Shown: piece by piece, positions 1-5,766 of the stretch
Layout of the letters: every line of letters begins with the position of its first letter
Numbering within the stretch: position 1 is the stretch's first letter
IMG/VR virus record: IMGVR_UViG_3300024270_000054
Source of the DNA: a virus
Taxonomy: Duplodnaviria; Heunggongvirae; Uroviricota; Caudoviricetes
Strand: one strand, 5' to 3'
DNA: 14,208 nt
Notes under the pieces: model-generated
Databases searched by the model: none
What the model was told of the DNA's origin: nothing
Seen by the model: the letters and a program-made list of their open reading frames with translations, nothing else
Position numbers and translations under genes: made by a program

Positions 1-269
1 ACCTCAACCGTTGTTGTTGATCCATTACCGTAATCTTCCCCATCCATTTCGATTGTTTCGCCAACTTTGGTTCCACCAACATAAATGGACATATAGCAAC
101 TTCCTGAATACACTCTGAAATTCGTAAAAGTAACATACGCGCTATTTACAGTACCATTAGAAACAACACCGCTATGGCTTGTTGAACTAGAATAGTATAT
201 ATAATCGCCATCAGTAAGTGTTGTATAAGTAGGACTTGTAAGACTGGCTGATATTGTTCTTGTTGCCAT
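1..269 (-). CDS. Partial gene (runs off the left edge): Ser/Thr/Tyr/Gly-rich, beta-rich protein, probably virion/fibre-related
   Basis: Not in the ORF track. ATG at 269-267 overlaps the upstream TAA (TAATG coupling). Frame is open to the window edge: MATRTISASLTSPTYTTLTDGDYIYYSSSTSHSGVVSNGTVNSAYVTFTNFRVYSGSCYMSIYVGGTKVGETIEMDGEDYGNGSTTTVE. Confidence 0.65.
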   Translation of the reverse strand, partial: MATRTISASLTSPTYTTLTDGDYIYYSSSTSHSGVVSNGTVNSAYVTFTNFRVYSGSCYMSIYVGGTKVGETIEMDGEDYGNGSTTTVE

Positions 270-649
270 TACGCATACACCGCCCCAACAACTTTATCTG
301 CCGTAATCGTTCCTGTGGCTGTCACAGAGGCGAAGGTTGGCCTGCTTGTTGTTAATAACCCTTGATTGACACGACTAAGCAACGAATTCAGATTGTTTTT
401 ATCGGTTTTGGACATAAAGCCAGCAGCCGATGTAGTTGCGACATCATGAGTGTGAACCGAAATAGCTGCGCCAATATCATCTGGTGTAATAGTGATATTG
501 CCGTTTTCGTCTGCAACTAGCGTTTTATTAATCGTTAAAACAACATAATACTTTTCGCCCTGAGTTATACTATCCAGCTTTTCTCGTGCAGTATCATCAA
601 CAACCTCGTATGTCTTATTACCAATAGTAAGCGTCTTCATTTCTGTCAT
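269..649 (-). CDS. Short tail-fibre-related protein (126 aa)
   Basis: GAGGTG RBS upstream. N-terminal KTLTIGNKTYEVVDDTAR, a HTH(D) motif and ATTSAAGFMSKTDKNNL resemble recurrent phage fibre shaft motifs. Confidence 0.7.
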   Translation of the reverse strand: MTEMKTLTIGNKTYEVVDDTAREKLDSITQGEKYYVVLTINKTLVADENGNITITPDDIGAAISVHTHDVATTSAAGFMSKTDKNNLNSLLSRVNQGLLTTSRPTFASVTATGTITADKVVGAVYA

Positions 650-678
650 ATTTTTTCACCTCTGCTTATCTCAAAATG

Positions 679-707
679 AAAGAGCCACGTAATGTGGCTC
701 TTTTTGT
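679..707. terminator. Intrinsic terminator-like hairpin, possibly bidirectional
   Basis: aaagagccac-gtaat-gtggctcttt (10-bp stem). T-tract follows on the + strand and TTTCATTTT on the - strand. Confidence 0.65.
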
Positions 708-743
708 ATTTTTTGTTCCCAATCCCATATACTTTTCGGGACA

Positions 744-1421
744 TTACTCATGATGCATCATATCCTCAACAAACGAATGGCTGATCGTTCTCTTCTCATA
801 GGCCGATCTCACAATATCCATATTCATGTCAATCTCGCCGTTCTCCATGTCATTCTCTGCAAGCAGTTTTTCATATGCATCATACAGCTTGAAAATCCTG
901 TTGAACTCCTCGCGCGTAAGTGGAACACTGTCATCTGCTGCCATCCTCGCAAAATTGATGATCGCATTTCTCATCTGTTCCACGCGCACCATCACAAGCT
1001 GGACTCTGAGCTTTTCAATCAGCTCTGCGAGGCTCTCCCAAATGACGTGAATCTCAGCGCGATCTTTCTTGCTTTCCGCAAGATCATCGTCTACACTGTG
1101 CATCCAGTTATTGCGCTTTTGCAGGCTTTCCTGACTGACATGCGGCCTAATCTCGACAAACAGCGATTTAACATCGCGCATTTCATTCACAAGATCATCG
1201 CATGTTTCAACGATCTCTGCCGCCTTGAGCAATGCTTCTCGTTCCTTTTTCTTTCTCGCAAAGTATTTGCGCACCTTCATAATCTCAGGCACGGCGATCT
1301 TCGTCTTAAACTCCACAAGTTCACCGATTGCCTGCATTAAAAGGAATACGCCAATCAGAAATGTCACCCAAGCAGCAGGCATTCCGATATGCCCGCTCAG
1401 GTATTCAATGAATTCAACCAC
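744..1421 (-). CDS. Phage hypothetical protein with an N-terminal transmembrane helix and coiled coil (225 aa); possibly lysis-associated
   Basis: AAGGAGG RBS before GTG 1421. Hydrophobic AAWVTFLIGVFLLMQAIGEL followed by basic KVRKYFARKKKER. C-terminal RNAIINFA..TREEF..YE..NG pattern resembles a common Bacillota phage family. Function unproven. Confidence 0.75.
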   Translation of the reverse strand: MVEFIEYLSGHIGMPAAWVTFLIGVFLLMQAIGELVEFKTKIAVPEIMKVRKYFARKKKEREALLKAAEIVETCDDLVNEMRDVKSLFVEIRPHVSQESLQKRNNWMHSVDDDLAESKKDRAEIHVIWESLAELIEKLRVQLVMVRVEQMRNAIINFARMAADDSVPLTREEFNRIFKLYDAYEKLLAENDMENGEIDMNMDIVRSAYEKRTISHSFVEDMMHHE

Positions 1422-1447
1422 GTCCCCAAACCTCCTTATAGTAGGGA

Positions 1448-1477
1448 GGCGGGGAAGAGATCCCCGCCGTATTTTTT
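1448..1477 (+). terminator. GC-rich hairpin, possible + strand terminator
   Basis: ggcgggga-agaga-tccccgcc (8-bp perfect stem) followed by gtatttttt. Confidence 0.45.
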
Positions 1478-1486
1478 GTTGTAATT

Positions 1487-1511
1487 AAAAAGACCGGCAA
1501 TTAACCGGTCT
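1487..1511 (-). terminator. Intrinsic terminator after the aspartyl protease gene
   Basis: Minus strand AGACCGG-TTAATTG-CCGGTCT then TTTT, starting at the stop codon. Confidence 0.65.
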
Positions 1512-1941
1512 AAGTTTCAGCGCAAAAATCTATCGCACCTTTGGACGGATATCTAATTGAAAAGAACACACGCCCATTTTCTGAACTGATTACAGAATCG
1601 AAGTGTCTTATCACATCCATACCAAGAATCATATCCTCAGTATTTTCAGGACTCAGTTTTCTAACCAAAACGTCTTCAAATATAGCGAAGTCGAAAACCT
1701 GTATTGTTACAATGTGCCTCGTTGTAGAATAACAATTGGACGCACTTGTACACATAGAAACACCATAATCTTTGAGCAATAAGGCGTTGACGGCTGTCTC
1801 TGATATATGAGACGATCCTGCGCCTGTGTCCCATAAAGCTTTCGCATCATAATACCTTTCACCTGCATACAAGCGGACATCTACATAAATTCTATCCGCC
1901 TTTCCGGGCAAGACAAGCGTACAAGCATTGCTTTGAGACAT
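1510..1941 (-). CDS. Retropepsin-like (single-domain, retroviral-type) aspartyl protease, 143 aa
   Basis: Catalytic ALWDTGA motif, C-terminal ILGMD motif and GGAG RBS. Hand-counted GC 37% in 1561-1740. Confidence 0.85.
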   Translation of the reverse strand: MSQSNACTLVLPGKADRIYVDVRLYAGERYYDAKALWDTGAGSSHISETAVNALLLKDYGVSMCTSASNCYSTTRHIVTIQVFDFAIFEDVLVRKLSPENTEDMILGMDVIRHFDSVISSENGRVFFSIRYPSKGAIDFCAET

Positions 1942-1956
1942 GGTTTTCTCCGATAA

Positions 1957-2094
1957 TTAGTCTTCGGTGTAAATCCTGTAATCGTGATCTATTTCTGGAT
2001 ACTCCCATTGACTGCAATCAATTACAGGTATGTTTTTCCATGATGGATCAAGATCGGCAATCAAGCCAGTTTTAGCAACTTCTTCTTTCTTCAT
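1957..2094 (-). CDS. Small acidic hypothetical protein (45 aa)
   Basis: Not in the ORF track. MKKEEVAKTGLIADLDPSWKNIPVIDCSQWEYPEIDHDYRIYTED*, with GAGAAGGGTG upstream. Stops 15 nt before the protease start. Confidence 0.45.
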   Translation of the reverse strand: MKKEEVAKTGLIADLDPSWKNIPVIDCSQWEYPEIDHDYRIYTED

Positions 2095-2124
2095 AGCATA
2101 CACCCTTCTCAGTTGGTATGTCAA
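2095..2124 (-). promoter_or_regulatory. Putative sigma70/sigmaA promoter
   Basis: Perfect TTGACA (2124-2119), 18-nt spacer, TATGCT (2100-2095), pointing at the protease gene. Confidence 0.45.
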
Positions 2125-2128
2125 TTGA

Positions 2129-2147
2129 ATTTTACATAGCCTGTAAA
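2129..2147. promoter_or_regulatory. Palindromic operator-like site
   Basis: atttaca-tagcc-tgtaaat, a 7-bp inverted repeat 4 nt upstream of the putative -35. Confidence 0.3.
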
Positions 2148-2168
2148 TGCCGGAATGAAAAGAATGTT

Positions 2169-2291
2169 TTATTGCGCCTTAATTTCATCCCCGCGTGTCG
2201 CCGCTGCACACATGCATGTCGCAAGCACTCCGGCAAATGCTCCCACAAGAAATGCGGGAATCAAAAAGCTCCAATGAATCACTGGAATCAC
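2169..2291 (-). CDS. Small single-pass membrane protein (40 aa), DUF3789-like
   Basis: Not in the ORF track. GTG start, MIPVIHWSFLIPAFLVGAFAGVLATCMCAAATRGDEIKAQ*. One hydrophobic helix with a G..GV....C pattern. Confidence 0.55.
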   Translation of the reverse strand: MIPVIHWSFLIPAFLVGAFAGVLATCMCAAATRGDEIKAQ

Positions 2292-2310
2292 CTTGCCTTA
2301 TCTGTGCGGA

Positions 2311-2718
2311 TTATTCCTTCACAGTCCACAGCGCTTCAGTGCCGACCGCACCCGGCTCCCATACGTTGTTGTCAACAGCGCTCTCATAGGTCACGCCATT
2401 ATGCGTCACAACGTCGCCCTTCATATACGGGTTTGTGCTGCCCGGCTGCTCCCACTCAGGAACAATATTCTCGTCCGGAATGAGCACCTTCGCCCAAAGG
2501 CTCGGCGCAGCATCCGGAGTCCATGTCTCCTGAGACGTATGCGCCGTCAGGCAACGATAAAGGACGCCTGCGTACTTCACGCGAGCGTCCACCGCGTATT
2601 CAGTTTCGTTTGCCCATTCTGGGAAAAGTGTTACGGCGGTCAGTGCAATCTTGTCTTCAACGGATTGCATCGCCTGTTCAATAATTCTGCGGTAGTGCAG
2701 TGCCTGTTCTCTTGTCAT
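2311..2718 (-). CDS. Carbohydrate-binding protein with two CBM5/12 (chitin-binding type 3)-like modules
   Basis: FPEWANETEYAVDARVKYAGVLYRC..HTSQ..WTP..APSLW and PEWEQP..NPYMKGDVVTHNGVTYES....NVWEPG....LW. AAGGAG RBS. Confidence 0.85.
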   Translation of the reverse strand: MTREQALHYRRIIEQAMQSVEDKIALTAVTLFPEWANETEYAVDARVKYAGVLYRCLTAHTSQETWTPDAAPSLWAKVLIPDENIVPEWEQPGSTNPYMKGDVVTHNGVTYESAVDNNVWEPGAVGTEALWTVKE

Positions 2719-2721
2719 AGC

Positions 2722-3045
2722 TTACTCCTTTTCGCCCATGAGGACGGCCAGCGCTTCCTTGGCGTTGTGACCTTCCTGCAGCATTTCTGTCGTAATCTCA
2801 ATATCCGCTTCAAGGGATACGCAGACGGATTCCGTGCCGTGCATAGCACCCTGCGTAAAGACGAATACGCTGTCGTCCAGCACCATGCCAACCTCGTCCA
2901 TCTCCTCGTGCACCTTGGCGCAGATACCCTCTGCCTGCTCCTGCGGGCATGCGACGTAGCAGCCGTTCTTGTGCAGTCGGATGTATCTGATCGCATCCGT
3001 GTAAAGTGTCTTGTCTTCTGTCATAATCCTGAACATGCTGATCAT
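2722..3045 (-). CDS. Phage hypothetical protein (107 aa; start may be ATG 3036)
   Basis: ATGA overlap with the upstream stop. AAAGGA RBS is better spaced for the ATG at 3036. Stop abuts the RBS of the CBM gene. Confidence 0.75.
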   Translation of the reverse strand: MISMFRIMTEDKTLYTDAIRYIRLHKNGCYVACPQEQAEGICAKVHEEMDEVGMVLDDSVFVFTQGAMHGTESVCVSLEADIEITTEMLQEGHNAKEALAVLMGEKE

Positions 3046-3455
3046 CCTTTCATAATTAGTTTTCTGATATATTCAAGATCGCTGATTTCAGCGTTGTAAA
3101 AATCGTAGTTCCAAACCCAGTCGTCTTCATGCTCCGGGCGCTTGTATTTAAGGCACGTTTCGTCCTCCCAAATCTTGCCCCATACATGAGCATACCTGCT
3201 GTCGCTGACTTTAAGCTTCCTGAGTCTTTTCAAAATGTCCTGCGTCAGTTCGCCGCGTTTAAGGCCGCTTCCGTCATCATTCTGCGCGAAGTAGTCGTAG
3301 GCATTCTGGCTCGTAACGCTGCAAATGCGTCCCTGCGGGAACAGGATGAATCCGTTTACGGCATGCACCTTTGCCCCATAGGGCAGGGCAATGTCGCCGC
3401 AGATGGCTCGTCCTTCAAATTTCTTGATGACAATATAAGTATCATATTGTTTCAT
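3042..3455 (-). CDS. Hypothetical protein (137 aa) overlapping the 3' end of the DGR RT
   Basis: AGGAG RBS 6 nt before ATG 3455, 14-nt overlap with RT. Distinctive ICSVTSQNAYDYFAQNDDGSGLKRG and KYKRPEHEDDWVWNYDFYNA segments. Confidence 0.8.
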   Translation of the reverse strand: MKQYDTYIVIKKFEGRAICGDIALPYGAKVHAVNGFILFPQGRICSVTSQNAYDYFAQNDDGSGLKRGELTQDILKRLRKLKVSDSRYAHVWGKIWEDETCLKYKRPEHEDDWVWNYDFYNAEISDLEYIRKLIMKG

Positions 3456-3461
3456 ATTGTT
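3442..3461 (-). repeat. Perfect 10-bp tandem duplication (AACAATATGA x2)
   Basis: + strand tcatattgtt at 3442-3451 and 3452-3461. One copy carries the downstream ATG, the other the RT stop. Confidence 0.9.
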
Positions 3462-4842
3462 CTCCTGTGTGATAATCTCTGCGAATTTCCCGCAGTTTGT
3501 CGTATGCTCTTGCGCGTCTGCTTCTCGGTCTGCATCCTTCTCGTTTAATCACCGGGATAAATGATGCGGTTTTCTGGCTTTGAAGCTGCCTGATCTTGTC
3601 AAGTAGATCCTGTTTGGAATCGGAATATACCCATCCGAATTCATTGTGCCATGTTCCGCGAAGCGTACACTTGAAAGCAAGTCTGTATTCTGAAAGTTCT
3701 TTAGCGAAGATAGAGCAAAACAATTGGTCTGTTGAATGAAGCGTGCGAAAGCTGTTGCATCGTCTGGCGTGGGCTCTCCATGATTGATAAGAGGCAAAGC
3801 AGTCATCTGTGTCGAATCTTCCTGCGTCCATCCATCCTCTGAAAATGTGAAGCTTTCTGCGTATAGCGCGGATGCTTTGCCTGCTCAGTTTCATCGTCAC
3901 TTTGCCGTTTTCCTCAAGCCGTATGCGCAGCTTGAGAAATCGGAAACTGTGGCTTTTCAGCGGAGTGATTTTGCACTTCTTTTCGTTCAGCTCCATGCCG
4001 ATGGACTTTGTAAATTCCGTCAGCCTACGATGAAGCTCTTTGAGCTTATCGATGGATTCGCAGATCACATATCCGTCGTCCATGTATCGCGCATAATGCT
4101 TGAACCCAAGAACGTCTTTGATAAAGTGATCGACCGGACTGGCGTAATCAAGTGCAATATTCTGCGATACCTGACTGCCAAGCCCAACGCCGCATGACTG
4201 TCCATCGATATAAATCACGTCGCTCATCTCCCTGAAATCGTCGATGAGCTGACAGCCGAGCTTTTGCAGCCGCTCGTCCCAAATGTGTTCTTTGAGTCTT
4301 TCCTTTGCATGCTCATGGGGAATAGAGCCGAAATAGTTCTTGAAGTCAAACTGATAAATGCCGCCGTTAAGTCCATGCTTGCGGTAGTGCTTTTGCAGAT
4401 GACTTTTGAGCCTGCGCAGCGTCATGTCCATACCCTTACCGGGCAGGCTTGCGCTGTTGTCGTAGATGAAGCTTCTGGAATATGCCTCCGTCATAATCTG
4501 GTCACAGAAGCATTTCTGCACCGTGCGATCCTGTATCGTCAACGCATTGATGCTTCTCAGTTTTCCGTGTTCAACGGTGTTAAAGTGCTTGAATCCTTTG
4601 AATTTGTAGGTATCATTGTGCAGCGCGTCATAAAGCTTCTGCGTCTCGCGCACAAGATGGGTTTCAAAGTGGATCGTCGATGCTTTCCATCTGACGCCCT
4701 TGCAGCATCCCCTTGCTGCGTCCAGCAGGTTTTCAAATGTGAATACTTCGTCAAATGTTTTCCCGCAGACTGTTGCTGCCTTTTTCATTCGTTTTGCTTT
4801 TCGCCGCTGATAGCGGCGCTCATGTCTCTCTTCGCTGTTCAT
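3442..4842 (-). CDS. DGR reverse transcriptase (466 aa)
   Basis: RT motifs IQDRTVQ, DNSASLPGKG, FDFKNYFGSIPH, GVGLGSQVSQ, RYMDD (YMDD at 4086-4075), GMELNEKK and FRFLK. Lies directly downstream of avd and TR. Confidence 0.95.
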   Translation of the reverse strand: MNSEERHERRYQRRKAKRMKKAATVCGKTFDEVFTFENLLDAARGCCKGVRWKASTIHFETHLVRETQKLYDALHNDTYKFKGFKHFNTVEHGKLRSINALTIQDRTVQKCFCDQIMTEAYSRSFIYDNSASLPGKGMDMTLRRLKSHLQKHYRKHGLNGGIYQFDFKNYFGSIPHEHAKERLKEHIWDERLQKLGCQLIDDFREMSDVIYIDGQSCGVGLGSQVSQNIALDYASPVDHFIKDVLGFKHYARYMDDGYVICESIDKLKELHRRLTEFTKSIGMELNEKKCKITPLKSHSFRFLKLRIRLEENGKVTMKLSRQSIRAIRRKLHIFRGWMDAGRFDTDDCFASYQSWRAHARRCNSFRTLHSTDQLFCSIFAKELSEYRLAFKCTLRGTWHNEFGWVYSDSKQDLLDKIRQLQSQKTASFIPVIKREGCRPRSRRARAYDKLREIRRDYHTGEQYETI

Positions 4843-5238
4843 ATATAAAGTAATCTTCCTGTATAGCTGTATTCTGGCTTGTAACTACGTAACTCAGCGC
4901 CCATGAAACCTAAGCCGCCAGTGGCATAAGGCCATGCAAGAAGCGTCCGGACGCTGGTATCAGAAAGCTGTTTTAGGGTTGCCTTTCGGCAAGCGCCAAG
5001 GTGTATGCCCTCCCTCTGTCAAAGGATATGGTTTTCGCTCATCGCTACTCAGTCGAATCCTCGGTCTGTATACCATAGACACAGGCCGTGCCAAGAGTCT
5101 GTCGCCACGCCATTGCAATTGTTCGCGTTGTTATTGTTCGCACTGCCGTTGGTGTTCACATTGCAGAAATTGTTCGAGTTGGTCGCATTCGTCGAACGCA
5201 GCCACCAGTTAGCGGTAACAGGGCATAACCTGAAGAAG
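4843..5238 (-). ncRNA. Putative DGR template RNA (5' leader + TR + 3' spacer)
   Basis: Non-coding avd-RT interval containing TR, a leader/spacer complementary helix (5220-5231 with 4999-5011), a TTGCC-GAAA-GGCAA hairpin (4979-4992) and a 14-bp palindrome (4942-4955). Exact ends unknown. Confidence 0.75.
5096..5216 (-). repeat. DGR template repeat (TR)
   Basis: Aligns without gaps to 5778-5898 (offset 682). In the VR frame it reads TANWWLRSTNATNSNNFCNVNTNGSANNNNANNCNGVATD, with 15 AAC/AAT codons. Confidence 0.97.
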
Positions 5239-5685
5239 TCATTTCGTGTATTGTCTGTATCTTTCGATATCGGAGGTCATGACGGCTTTGATCAAAACAG
5301 ATTCCTTGTTGAGATATTCAGCCCATGCTTCAAACACCTTCGCAGCGTCTTCCTTGCTTCCAAAGAAATTGTTTCCTTCAAGCAGGAATGTCAGCGTCAC
5401 GGTAAGCAAACTGCTCATTGAGAAAATTGCCGAACGCGCTTTGATCAGGTGTTCTCTTCGCATGTTAAATTCCATTTCGGATATGCCCTTGTGGACATAG
5501 ATGGAATTGGCACGCATAATATTGTCGTGTATTTCAATAGATAGCCGCAGGATTTCATCTGCAAAGATAAATCGCTGCGCTTTGGGGAATTTCTTGATTT
5601 GCCTTGCCGTATATACGGTTAAATCCTGTGCAACTTTCAGAAATTCCACCTTGGATTCTTTTCGTTTGGATGCATAAACCGACAT
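5239..5685 (-). CDS. avd: DGR accessory variability determinant (Avd-like four-helix-bundle protein, 148 aa)
   Basis: Position between target and TR, size, helical character and MSVYASKRKESKVEF...FPKAQRF start typical of Avd homologues. Confidence 0.85.
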   Translation of the reverse strand: MSVYASKRKESKVEFLKVAQDLTVYTARQIKKFPKAQRFIFADEILRLSIEIHDNIMRANSIYVHKGISEMEFNMRREHLIKARSAIFSMSSLLTVTLTFLLEGNNFFGSKEDAAKVFEAWAEYLNKESVLIKAVMTSDIERYRQYTK

Positions 5686-5710
5686 GATATTTTCCTTTCG
5701 TTCATGTCCA

Positions 5711-5751
5711 CATCCCTCCCGGTACAGGCTCCCGCCTATACCTTCGGGATG
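5711..5751 (-). promoter_or_regulatory. DGR target-recognition hairpin/cruciform downstream of VR
   Basis: Minus strand GGTATAGGC-GGGA-GCCTGTACC (5742-5721; 9 bp with one G-T) plus outer stem CATCCC/GGGATG. No U-tract. Confidence 0.75.
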
Positions 5752-5766
5752 GGGTAGATCAGTAGA

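Noticed and set aside
3549-3806. 85-aa minus-strand ORF nested in the RT 3' end (also 4557-4754, 2715-2996, 6438-6641, 9150-9578 and similar)
   Set aside because: Alternative frames inside well-supported genes, with no RBS or motif support.
3442-4842. RT as group II intron, retron, Abi or CRISPR-associated RT
   Set aside because: No intron domain V/VI or endonuclease domain, no cas genes or array. The adjacent Avd and A-specific TR/VR pair explain it fully as a DGR RT.
5100-5216. gtt/ttg-rich quasi-periodic tract as a microsatellite or CRISPR-like repeat
   Set aside because: The periodicity comes from the AAC/AAT codons of TR. There is no repeat-spacer array anywhere in the window.
4934-5421. 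ORFs 4934-5212 (+) and 5005-5421 (+), and the Asn-rich reading of TR
   Set aside because: They lie over the TR/spacer RNA and antisense to avd. The AAY richness reflects template function, not a protein.
5711-5751. Hairpin as a rho-independent terminator of the target gene
   Set aside because: No U-tract on either strand. Position and loop fit the DGR target-recognition structure better.
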